Source: Dehalococcoidia bacterium
Lineage (GTDB): Bacteria; Chloroflexota; Dehalococcoidia; Lucifugimonadales; VXLM01
Length of the DNA: 64,000 nt
NCBI GenBank assembly: GCA_965247555.1
Contig: CBDFHR010000009.1
Coordinates: 1,604,060-1,668,059, forward strand
Direction of reading: 5' to 3'
Part shown: positions 1 to 7,807 of the stretch, one piece after another
How the letters are laid out: each line of letters opens with the position of its first letter
Position numbering within the stretch: the stretch's first letter is position 1
Made by a program: the position numbers and the translations under genes
Notes under the pieces: model-generated
Seen by the model: only the letters and a program-made list of their open reading frames with translations
Told to the model about the DNA's origin: nothing
The model's database searches: none

Positions 1-294
1 TCGGCAGAGGATGTCGACATAGCGATCAGCGCCGGACTCGGACGAAGGTGGGCGACGGCAGGCGTGCTCCACGTGCTGGAAGTCGCGGGGTGGGACCTGA
101 TATCGCGAGTAGCTGCGGACGTGTTCCCACACCTCTCCAATGCAGACGACCCGGCTTTGCTGCGCGACATGGTCGAGCGCGGCGACACCGGCGTAAAGGC
201 CGGCAAAGGATTCTATGAGTGGACCCCGGACAAGGCCGAGGAGCTGCGAAAGCGCATCGCGAAGGGGCTGGTCGAGATCGACAAATTGGATTGA
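1..294 (+). CDS. 3-hydroxyacyl-CoA dehydrogenase family protein, C-terminal fragment (5' end outside window)
   Basis: The frame is open from base 1. The tail ...DIAISAGLG...LLRDMVERGDTGVKAGKGFYEW... resembles the C-terminal domain of 3-hydroxyacyl/3-hydroxybutyryl-CoA dehydrogenases. Stop TGA at 292-294. Confidence 0.6.
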   Translation, partial: SAEDVDIAISAGLGRRWATAGVLHVLEVAGWDLISRVAADVFPHLSNADDPALLRDMVERGDTGVKAGKGFYEWTPDKAEELRKRIAKGLVEIDKLD

Positions 295-320
295 CCGGAT
301 TTCGCCGGTGCGGGTACAAT
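291..320 (+). promoter_or_regulatory. sigma70-like promoter TTGACC-N18-TACAAT upstream of thrS
   Basis: TTGACC at 291-296 and TACAAT at 315-320. The same TTGACC-N18-TATAAT layout occurs upstream of pheS at 11404-11433. Confidence 0.45.
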
Positions 321-326
321 ACTCCC

Positions 327-441
327 ACTCCGTTCCAAAGGTAGAGACGCTTGGGAACCCCATAGCCGTACTTAACCGAATCTTTTCGCCCACTACGAGG
401 CCTCCCGTGGTCCGCTAGGACTGCGCGGGAGGCTTTCTTAA
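327..441 (+). promoter_or_regulatory. possible T-box-type leader / attenuator of thrS
   Basis: The leader is about 195 nt. It has AGAGA at 343-347, a candidate Thr specifier ACC at 375-377 and a T-box-like core GTGGTCCGC at 407-415. That core lies inside the 5' arm/loop of a hairpin (GAGGCCTCCCG 397-407 / CGGGAGGC 426-433) followed by TTTCTTAAT. Folded by hand only. Confidence 0.35.
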
Positions 442-521
442 TGTCCTAGACGGACTCCATTCTTGATACCATGAACCGGCGCGCGTTCCGGCGCGCGCGT
501 TCCCACAGGAGACAACCACAC

Positions 522-2258
522 ATGTCACAAGAGACGGACTTAGTCGAACTGCGAAAGCGAATACGGCACTCAGCCGCACATGTCATGGCCGACGTGGTCA
601 CGCAGATGTTCCCGGAAGCCAAGCTGGGCATCGGGCCGCCGACGGACGAAGGCTTCTACTACGACTTCATGGTGGAAGAGCCGTTCTCCGAGCAGGACCT
701 GTCGCGCATCGAAAAGCGGATGCGACGGGTGGTCCAGCGGAACCTGACGTTCGAGTACCACGAGTACCCGCGCGACGAGGCCGAACGCATGAACGCCGCG
801 GAGCCTCTGAAGATGGAGATCATCGAGGAGATCCCCGAGGACGAGAAGATCACGACATACAGGCACGGGAAGTTTGAGGACCTGTGCGCCGGGCCGCACG
901 TCGAATCGACGGGGCGGATACCGGCGTTCAAGCTGCTGAGCGTGGCGGGCGCATACTGGCGCGGCGACGAGAACCGCCCGATGCTCCAGCGCATCTACGG
1001 GACGGCCTTCGAGTCGAAGGATGCCCTCGACGAGCACCTCCACCGCATCGAGGAGGCCAAGAAGCGGGACCATCGACTCTTGGGGCGACAGCTTGACCTC
1101 TTCTCCATCCACGACGAGACCGGGCCGGGGCTGATAATCTGGCACCCCAAGGGGGCGAGGACGCGGGGCATCGTTGAGGACTTTTGGCGCGAGCAGCATC
1201 GACTGCACGGCTACGAGCTGGTATACACGCCGCACATCGGACGTGCCAGCCTCTGGGAGACGAGCGGGCACCTGGGCTTCTACAAGGAGAACATGTACCC
1301 CGCCATCGAGATGGAGGGGCAGGACTACTATCTCAAGCCGATGAACTGCCCGTTCCACGTGGTGTACTACCAGAACGACCTGCGGAGCTATCGCGACCTG
1401 CCCATGCGGATAGGAGAGCTGGGGACGGTGTACCGGTACGAGCGCGGCGGAGTCGTGCAAGGCCTCCTACGAGTTCGCGGCATGACGCAAGACGACGCTC
1501 ACATATTCTGCAGGCCCGACCAGGTCGCGGACGAGGTGAACGGCGTCCTCGACCTGACGTTCTTCCTCCTTAGCAGCTTCGGGTTCAGCGACTACGACGT
1601 GATGCTTTCGACGAAGCCGGAGAAGGCGGTCGGAGGGGACGACCAGTGGGACCTCGCCACGGAATCGCTGCGGAAGACGCTCGTGGAACGCGGAATCGAC
1701 TACCAGATGGACGAGGGCGGCGGCGCGTTCTATGGCCCGAAGATCGACATCCACATCCGTGACGCCATCGGGCGGCTCTGGCAGATCACGACCGTGCAGT
1801 TCGACTTCAACCTGCCGGAGCGGTTCGGCTTGACGTACATCGGAGAGGACGGCAAGGAGCACCGGCCATACATGGTGCACCGGGCCCTGCTCGGCACGAT
1901 GGAGAGGTTCATGGGCGTTCTCATAGAGCACTACGCCGGGGCCTTCCCCGTGTGGCTGGCGCCGGTGCAGGCCGTCGTAATCCCGATAGCCGACCGTCAC
2001 GTCGAGTACGCGCAAGAGGTAAAGGCCCGGTTGGAAGCCGCGAACGTGCGCGTCGACGTCGACGACGGGAACGACCGCATGAACGCCAAGATTCGCAACG
2101 CCCAACTGCAGAAAATACCGTACATGCTGGTTGTCGGGGACCGCGAGATCGAGGCAGGGGCAGCCGCCGTGCGGCTGCGGTCGGGGGACGACCTCGGCGC
2201 GCTGCCGGTCGACGAGATCGTTGTGCGCATCGCCCACGAGGTCGAGACGAAGGCGTAG
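522..2258 (+). CDS. thrS: threonine--tRNA ligase, short N-terminus (no TGS domain)
   Basis: ATG at 522 is preceded by AGGAG. The protein begins at the editing-domain motif RHSAAHVMA and has class II core motifs (FRDLPMRIGELGTVYRYE, GMTQDDAHIF). The anticodon-binding C-terminus is present. Confidence 0.93.
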   Translation: MSQETDLVELRKRIRHSAAHVMADVVTQMFPEAKLGIGPPTDEGFYYDFMVEEPFSEQDLSRIEKRMRRVVQRNLTFEYHEYPRDEAERMNAAEPLKMEIIEEIPEDEKITTYRHGKFEDLCAGPHVESTGRIPAFKLLSVAGAYWRGDENRPMLQRIYGTAFESKDALDEHLHRIEEAKKRDHRLLGRQLDLFSIHDETGPGLIIWHPKGARTRGIVEDFWREQHRLHGYELVYTPHIGRASLWETSGHLGFYKENMYPAIEMEGQDYYLKPMNCPFHVVYYQNDLRSYRDLPMRIGELGTVYRYERGGVVQGLLRVRGMTQDDAHIFCRPDQVADEVNGVLDLTFFLLSSFGFSDYDVMLSTKPEKAVGGDDQWDLATESLRKTLVERGIDYQMDEGGGAFYGPKIDIHIRDAIGRLWQITTVQFDFNLPERFGLTYIGEDGKEHRPYMVHRALLGTMERFMGVLIEHYAGAFPVWLAPVQAVVIPIADRHVEYAQEVKARLEAANVRVDVDDGNDRMNAKIRNAQLQKIPYMLVVGDREIEAGAAAVRLRSGDDLGALPVDEIVVRIAHEVETKA

Positions 2259-2271
2259 CCCCCTCTCTGTA

Positions 2272-2302
2272 TCTCTCCCCCGTCCAACGGGGGAGAGATT
2301 AT
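2272..2302. terminator. hairpin between convergent thrS and NHL gene
   Basis: TCTCTCCCCCG-tccaa-CGGGGGAGAGA followed by TTAT. Confidence 0.55.
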
Positions 2303-2375
2303 CGGATCTTATGGGCTGCGTATGACGGCGGGATCCATCGTGAGAGGGCTTTGTAAACACCCCTTTGAGGGAACG

Positions 2376-3344
2376 CTATCTCTGACGAACCAGCTTTTGC
2401 AGCGACCGGACCTCTCGCGGCGGGTCGAGGCGTGAACCGTATGCGGCGTATGACACCTCGGCGACGTAGATGTCGCCGTGAGAGTCGACTGAGATGCCGT
2501 GCGGGGTGATGAACTGTCCGGGGCCCAGCCCCTGCGGCTCGTCGCCGACTCGCGCAATCACGTTCCCATCCAAATCGAACACGGTCACGCGCGGGCCAAG
2601 ACGCTTGCCCGTCCAGTTTCCCCAACCCATCGGGTTCCGGGGAATGCCCGCGTACATTTCGCCGACGTAGGCAAGTCCGTTTCCAGCGTCGATGGTGATG
2701 CAGGACGCCATTGCGAGGTCGTTCCATTGGGTTTGGAAGTTTCCCGACGAGTCGAAGACCTGCACTCGCTGGTTCTCGCGGTCGGCGACGTAGACGTTCC
2801 CCTCGCCGTCCGTCGCGATGTTGTGTACCGTGTTGAACTCGCCCGGATCGGTCCCCGACCGTCCCCACGAAAGCAACAGCTTGCCGTCCGTCGAATACTT
2901 GTGGACCACGGCGTTGCTGTATCCATCGGAAACGTAGATATCGCCGGTGTTCGGGTCGACGGCTGCGTGAGTCGGGTTGCTGAATGGCTTGCCGCTGAGC
3001 CTGCCCGATCCGTGGCCCTTCTCGCCAAGCGTCATCAGCAGTTGGCCGTCGAACGTGAACTTGCGAACGGTGTGATCGGCTGCGTCGATGCAGTAGAGCG
3101 ACCCATCGGGGCCTATGGCCGCTCCGTGAGCGCTGGTGAAGACGCCCTCGCCCCATGAGTTGATGACTGCGCCGTTGCGGTCGAATACGATGACGGGATG
3201 CTCGCCGCGGTTGAAGACGTAGACGTTGTCGTTCGCGTCCACCGCAACCGATGTGGCCTCCTTGTACGACCAGCCCTCCGGCAGGTCTCCCCAATCGTCG
3301 CCCGATACCGAATACCTGTACTCGCCGTCACCTATGATCGTCAC
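2376..3344 (-). CDS. NHL-repeat beta-propeller protein
   Basis: Repeated G.F..PHG...D..GN.YV.D units (GQFITPHGISVDSHGDIYVAE, GEFNTVHNIATDGEGNVYVAD), typical of six-bladed NHL propellers. Confidence 0.8.
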   Translation of the reverse strand: MTIIGDGEYRYSVSGDDWGDLPEGWSYKEATSVAVDANDNVYVFNRGEHPVIVFDRNGAVINSWGEGVFTSAHGAAIGPDGSLYCIDAADHTVRKFTFDGQLLMTLGEKGHGSGRLSGKPFSNPTHAAVDPNTGDIYVSDGYSNAVVHKYSTDGKLLLSWGRSGTDPGEFNTVHNIATDGEGNVYVADRENQRVQVFDSSGNFQTQWNDLAMASCITIDAGNGLAYVGEMYAGIPRNPMGWGNWTGKRLGPRVTVFDLDGNVIARVGDEPQGLGPGQFITPHGISVDSHGDIYVAEVSYAAYGSRLDPPREVRSLQKLVRQR

Positions 3345-3781
3345 CGTTCGCCTCCTGTTGCGGCCCTCTGCCAGACGATTCGCCCCTGCCGCGACTTCCC
3401 CGCCAGCACCATGGGAGGGGTCGTCAGTATAAGTTCATCGCCATCGAGGTGGACGTACCTCACCTGCTCGGTGCCCACGCGGTTCGGGTAGAAGGCCACC
3501 TCGATCTTGTGAATGACCCGGTCGCCTTGGTAGTCGTAGCGGCCGCAGTACGCTACGAACGTACTCGCCGCAGCCAGCTTCTCCTCGTCCGTGCCCGCCA
3601 GCATATCGCCCGCCGCGAAGTTCTTCCTGCCAGCGGCCATCATGAGGACCGACATGTAGCCGTCGGGCGTGTACATGATGTAGCCCGACGCGTCCTCGCC
3701 CAGGGGATACAACACGTCATCCCCGGTATGGGCCTCGTAGGTGACGAGCCGCCACGCTCCAATGAGGGGGTTGGGGTCCAT
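3341..3781 (-). CDS. lipocalin-like domain protein
   Basis: The N-terminal LIGAWRLVTYE and YTPDGYMS motifs are typical of the bacterial lipocalin-like domain. It overlaps the NHL gene by 4 nt (ATGA), suggesting an operon. Confidence 0.65.
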   Translation of the reverse strand: MDPNPLIGAWRLVTYEAHTGDDVLYPLGEDASGYIMYTPDGYMSVLMMAAGRKNFAAGDMLAGTDEEKLAAASTFVAYCGRYDYQGDRVIHKIEVAFYPNRVGTEQVRYVHLDGDELILTTPPMVLAGKSRQGRIVWQRAATGGER

Positions 3782-3834
3782 TCCTTGGCCTCAGTCTCTT
3801 GGTGTCCCGATGAATTGCGACAGGTCGGTACCGT

Positions 3835-4329
3835 CTAATCGTCGGGACGGCCTATGTTCTTCTTTTGGGTTGGCTGCCATCCCGTATCGTGCTGGTAGAC
3901 CTTGCCCATCTCGAGGAGCTCCGGGAGGTCGGCGCGGGAGCCGTCGCGGACGTAGCGGCTCTGCTCGTGCTCGTGGCTCATCTCGATGGCGTCGAAGTTG
4001 CACACGTCTACGCAGATGCGGCACAGGATGCAGCGGTTGAGGTTGATCTCGAACTCGTCGATGATCTTTCGCCGCTTGGACATGCCCTCCGGGTGCTGGG
4101 GATTGTCCTTCATCGTGGCGCTCATGCACTGAGTTGGGCACTCGCGCACGCAGACCATGCAGCCGGTGCAGTACGGCTCGTCGGCGGTGTAGTCCCAGAG
4201 GAGGGCCGGAAACCCCATGAAGCGTTCCTGCACGGGGAGGCGCTTGTTGGGATCGGGGTATTGGCCGGTCACCGGAGACCGTCTCATGGACTTCAGGGTA
4301 ACCGCGAGGCCTTTGAGGAGTCCGCTCAC
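3835..4329 (-). CDS. NuoI-like 2x[4Fe-4S] ferredoxin (NADH-quinone oxidoreductase subunit I homologue), orphan
   Basis: The NuoI-type N-terminus is GLAVTLKSM...VTGQYP. Two cluster motifs are present: CTGCMVCVRECP and CILCRICVDVCNFDAI. No other nuo genes are in the window. Confidence 0.75.
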   Translation of the reverse strand: MSGLLKGLAVTLKSMRRSPVTGQYPDPNKRLPVQERFMGFPALLWDYTADEPYCTGCMVCVRECPTQCMSATMKDNPQHPEGMSKRRKIIDEFEINLNRCILCRICVDVCNFDAIEMSHEHEQSRYVRDGSRADLPELLEMGKVYQHDTGWQPTQKKNIGRPDD

Positions 4330-4516
4330 CTAACCGCCGCTCAGGGAATGAGGATGACGGCGTTCATTGTATCAGGCGGACGACCACGACGCAGACATGG
4401 TCGTTGCAAACCCCGCCTTATTGCATCTGGCTGGATCGGCCGCTAAGGATTGCTCGGGAGGCGGTCGATGGGGCTTGACGGCGTTGCCACGACAACGAGA
4501 TTTTTCGAAAACTGTT

Positions 4517-4546
4517 GCAATTTGTCGCAATTTGTCGCATTTTGCG
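4517..4546. repeat. three tandem 10-bp direct repeats (GCAATTTGTC x2, GCATTTTGCG)
   Basis: Read directly in the 400-bp intergenic region between the NuoI-like gene and the TM2 gene. The one-helical-turn spacing suggests a protein binding site. Confidence 0.5.
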
Positions 4547-4735
4547 TGTTATTGTCAAGTTAGCCGAGTCTTTTCCGAGAGCGCGTGACCGGACGAACCG
4601 TTGCGCATCACCCCGCGGAATACAGAATGAATGTTTCGGACACTTCTTAAGAGTGACATGCTGCAGGCAGGTGCGTCAAATCGAGAATTGGGGTAGTATG
4701 GGCGCAGCATCGATCACGACTCAAGGAGGCGAGCA

Positions 4736-5023
4736 TTGAGTTCAGAAAGTACACAGCCGACGAAAAGCAAGGTGGCCGCCGGAGTATTGGCAATCGTGAC
4801 TGGTGGATTTGGGATTCACAAGTTCTACTTGGGGTACACTGGCCCGGGCATTATTCTTCTCGTGGCTTCGATCATCAGTGCAGTCACGACAATAATATTA
4901 ATCGGGATAGTCGGTCTCCTTGCCATCGGAACGATCTGTTTGATCGAGGGCATCCTCTACCTGACAAAGACGGATGAGGAGTTCCACGAGACCTACGTGG
5001 TGAACCGGAAATCCTGGTTCTAG
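4736..5023 (+). CDS. TM2 domain membrane protein
   Basis: TTG start is preceded by AAGGAGG. GGFGIHKFYLGYTGPGI is the TM2-domain signature, and there are two hydrophobic helices. Confidence 0.8.
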   Translation: MSSESTQPTKSKVAAGVLAIVTGGFGIHKFYLGYTGPGIILLVASIISAVTTIILIGIVGLLAIGTICLIEGILYLTKTDEEFHETYVVNRKSWF

Positions 5024-5052
5024 CCCCGGTAGGCGTGAGATAACGAGCCCAG

Positions 5053-6144
5053 CTAGCGCTGGTCGGCGACGACTACTTCGCGGCCCTCGCGGCCTGAGCG
5101 CACCATCGCTAGCGAGAAGCGCAGGACCTCCCGCGCCTCCTCGCCGGTGAGGTCGGACTTGCGACCGTCCGATATGGCTTGGACGAAGTCCTCGATTGCC
5201 AGCCGGAAGCCGGCGGTGTAGTCGATTTCGAGATTGGCGATGCTCGTCATAGAGCCGTCGCGGAGTATCTCGATTGGGGGCCGCGGCACCATCTGGCCGT
5301 TTGGCCCTTGATGGACGTAGAGGATTCCCCGGCTGCCAGTTATCTCAATCGACACGTCGATGGGGTAGTGCGTTGAGCGGACGATCAGCGCCTCGGAGTG
5401 GACGGACTCGCACGTGCCGTACACGTCGCCGTTCGAGTACTTCCACACGATCATGCCCGGATTGTCGAGGGTCCCGCCCGACACGATCTCGTGGTGGCGG
5501 ACGACTTCGGTGCTGCCGATGTACGCGAAGACGCGCTCGATGTCGCCTAGCAGGTACCGGGCTATCGTCCACACGTGGTGGCCGTGGTCGAATAGGACGG
5601 AACCTTCCCCGGACAGCGTCGGATCGGAGCGCCATTGATGGGACGATTGAGGAATCTCCCAGCCATTCGGAGCAGTGCCGCTGGCGGTCTTGATGCGGAC
5701 GGACATGGGCTCGCCGATGCCACCCGATTCGAGCATCTGCTTGGCGCGAACGAACGGAGGGTGGAAGCGGTAGTTGTCGATGACGCGGAGCAGCTTGCCC
5801 GCCTGCTCGGCTGCGGCGATCATCGCGTCGGCCTCGTCAATCGTCAGGGCCATCGGCTTCTGCACGGAGACGTGCTTTCCGGCTTCCAGCGCAGCGATCG
5901 TCATGGGGGCGTGCAGATAATGCGGCGTGATGATATCCACGGCGTCCACGTCGGGGTCTCCCAGGAGTTGGTCGAAGTGGCCGTAGGTCTTGTCGATTCC
6001 CCACTCGTCGGCGCGTAGCCGGAGCAGATCGGGGTCCACGTCGCAGATGGCCACCAACTCCGCCATGGGCGTGGCCGAGTATCCCAGATAGTGCATGTCG
6101 GCGATTCGGCCGACTCCCACGAGCGCCACGCGAAGGGTTGTCAC
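5053..6144 (-). CDS. Gfo/Idh/MocA family oxidoreductase
   Basis: The N-terminal Rossmann motif is LRVALVGVGRIA. EKPMA-like VQKPMALT is also present, and the length fits. Confidence 0.85.
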   Translation of the reverse strand: MTTLRVALVGVGRIADMHYLGYSATPMAELVAICDVDPDLLRLRADEWGIDKTYGHFDQLLGDPDVDAVDIITPHYLHAPMTIAALEAGKHVSVQKPMALTIDEADAMIAAAEQAGKLLRVIDNYRFHPPFVRAKQMLESGGIGEPMSVRIKTASGTAPNGWEIPQSSHQWRSDPTLSGEGSVLFDHGHHVWTIARYLLGDIERVFAYIGSTEVVRHHEIVSGGTLDNPGMIVWKYSNGDVYGTCESVHSEALIVRSTHYPIDVSIEITGSRGILYVHQGPNGQMVPRPPIEILRDGSMTSIANLEIDYTAGFRLAIEDFVQAISDGRKSDLTGEEAREVLRFSLAMVRSGREGREVVVADQR

Positions 6145-6202
6145 TGGTTTCTCCTCTGGGTCATTCGCTGCGATTTCGCCATGTCTTGCTGGCTGACCTT
6201 TG

Positions 6203-6228
6203 TGGATTCCCGCTTTCGCGGGAATGAC
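6203..6228. repeat. REP-like palindromic element, copy 1 (GTGGATTCCCGCTTTCGCGGGAATGAC)
   Basis: Perfect palindrome ATTCCCGC-TTTC-GCGGGAAT in an intergenic region. A near-identical copy lies at 39848-39874. It is the source of the spurious peptides RFRGNDD / IPAFAGMT in the ORF track. Confidence 0.75.
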
Positions 6229-6291
6229 GATGAGGGTTATCCCTGTGCGGGTGCGCTTGAAGGACTACGGCGCAGTCGTAACGAATCTGTA

Positions 6292-7197
6292 TTATGCCGC
6301 GTGCTCTTCGGTTGCCGGAGGCGTTGGGAAGGCCTTTGCAGGATCGACGACACACTGCGACCCCTTCACGTTCGATATCGTGTGGGCGTAGGACAATGGC
6401 GTGATCCGCTCGCCCTGCTTGAGGAAAGCGGCCTTGTCCTCCTCGTACATCGTGCGGGCCATTTCATGCGCGTCCGCGGCGGTAAAGAGCCGTGCGACGG
6501 CGTTACCAACGTGCCCGATACCCACGAGCCCCACGTTCTCCATGCGCTCGCCGAAGCGGTTGAAGTCGCTGCCGGGGTGCCAGTCTCTGCGGGCATGGAC
6601 CTGGCTCGCGAGTGGCACGAGCGTTCCGTCGGGCAGAGGAGTCCGGCGCGTGATGAAGGACGTCTCACGGTAGTCTACGTCGAACTCAACTTCCCAGACG
6701 TGAATCGCCGTCAGGTTCTGGTACGGGACCCCGAGCATCAGGATCGTCCCGCCGTTGTCGAACACCCACGCCATCGGACTGCGCTCGTCCCATGCCGACG
6801 CCCAAGTCTTGCCATTCCCCGTTACGACCTTCTCGGCCAGCGGCCCGATGGCGGCAACGCTGTGCCAGAGATGTACGCTTCGCATGGCGCCGTCACGCAT
6901 TCGAACTGAGTTCGTGATCGCGCCCATGCCGGAATGCGTGGTCGCGGGGTCGAATATCCATTTCGGGTCTATCGAGTCGGGGTAGTCGTGCGGATCGGCG
7001 TAGGTGAAGGTCGGGACGACCAATGTGCCCTCAGGCCCCAGCGCATCGAGCAGCGCGTCCACGACGGCGTCGGCCCCGCCTTCTACCTCGCCGATGGCGC
7101 TTAGCGAGCTATGCACGAACAGCAAGCCGCCTCTCGGCACGCCGAGCCCGGCGAGTTCTCCAACGATGTCGTCCTTGGTTACTCTCAGTGGGGGCAT
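6292..7197 (-). CDS. AAC(3)-family aminoglycoside N-acetyltransferase-like protein
   Basis: The N-terminus GVPRGGLLFVHSSLSAIG...GGADAVVDALLDALGPEGTLVVPTFTY matches the Antibiotic_NAT / AAC(3) fold signature. Confidence 0.7.
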   Translation of the reverse strand: MPPLRVTKDDIVGELAGLGVPRGGLLFVHSSLSAIGEVEGGADAVVDALLDALGPEGTLVVPTFTYADPHDYPDSIDPKWIFDPATTHSGMGAITNSVRMRDGAMRSVHLWHSVAAIGPLAEKVVTGNGKTWASAWDERSPMAWVFDNGGTILMLGVPYQNLTAIHVWEVEFDVDYRETSFITRRTPLPDGTLVPLASQVHARRDWHPGSDFNRFGERMENVGLVGIGHVGNAVARLFTAADAHEMARTMYEEDKAAFLKQGERITPLSYAHTISNVKGSQCVVDPAKAFPTPPATEEHAA

Positions 7198-7227
7198 GAT
7201 GAGATCCTAAGAAATTGCGTAAGAAAA

Positions 7228-7329
7228 GAAAGTGGAAAGTATTTCGTAGTGAGTAGTAGTTGGTGAATGTGCAACGCGATCGCGGGTTACGAAACGCGGT
7301 CTATGCAATACTCACTACTTTCTACTTTC
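7228..7329. repeat. long imperfect inverted repeat in AT-rich spacer (candidate terminator/leader)
   Basis: The left arm GAAAGTGGAAAGTATTTCGTAGTGAGTA (7228-7255) pairs with TACTCACTACTTTCTACTTTC (7309-7329), with a 10-bp perfect core. On the minus-strand transcript it is followed by TTTTCTT. Confidence 0.45.
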
Positions 7330-7331
7330 TT

Positions 7332-7703
7332 CTAGGCGGGCCGGTTCGATATCTGGAACTTGTTGCCCTCCGGGTCTTGGCCTTCGCAGTATTGGAATCG
7401 TCCGTCGTCCTCGATCTCGCCCATGGGAGCGCCTCGTTCCAAGAGCTCGTTGCGGGCCTCTTCGACGTCGTCGACGTAGAACACAATCTTGCTGTACGTG
7501 GAGGGCAAGCCGTCGGACCTCGAAGCTACCTGGAGCGCGAGCCTGCACGGGCCGGTATTGAACTCGATCCACTGTGGCGGCTGCACCTGTAGGTCGAAGA
7601 TCGGCTTGAGCTGCAGCACGTCGCGGTAGAACTCGGTCACCATCATCATGTTCTGCACGACCAGGGTTATCCTGTTCATCGTTGCGATACGGCGTTCGTC
7701 CAT
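7332..7703 (-). CDS. VOC/glyoxalase family protein
   Basis: Size and the beta-alpha-beta-beta-beta pattern fit. The EDPEGNKF motif near the C-terminus is typical of glyoxalase/bleomycin-resistance folds. Confidence 0.7.
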   Translation of the reverse strand: MDERRIATMNRITLVVQNMMMVTEFYRDVLQLKPIFDLQVQPPQWIEFNTGPCRLALQVASRSDGLPSTYSKIVFYVDDVEEARNELLERGAPMGEIEDDGRFQYCEGQDPEGNKFQISNRPA

Positions 7704-7807
7704 GACGGCCCTCCCTGAATGTGTCCGCGAGCTATTCTACCCCATCGAAACGAACAGGAATTCCTCGTTCTCGGAACCCTTCTCCTCCGCGCCCTCTGCG
7801 GTGAGTC

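Noticed and set aside
570-2360. Long antisense or alternative-frame ORFs inside well-supported genes. Examples are 570-1460, 1467-2360, 11454-12374, 17963-18829, 28981-30090, 32498-33658, 44497-45525 and 52356-53297.
   Set aside because: These are typical high-GC shadow ORFs. Their translations are Arg/Pro/Gly/Ala-rich and motif-free, and each lies fully inside a gene with clear family signatures on the other strand or frame.
6091-6909. The 272-aa plus-strand ORF and the small ORFs 6161-6355 and 6200-6391, containing RFRGNDD / IPAFAGMT.
   Set aside because: They arise from translating the REP-like palindrome and then running antisense through the AAC(3)-like gene. There is no independent coding evidence.
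6292-7197. The AAC(3)-like gene could have been read as part of an acquired resistance island.
   Set aside because: There are no integrase, IS or integron features or flanking direct repeats, and codon usage and GC look like the neighbours by eye. Only the AT-rich upstream spacer is unusual, and it is reported separately at low interest.
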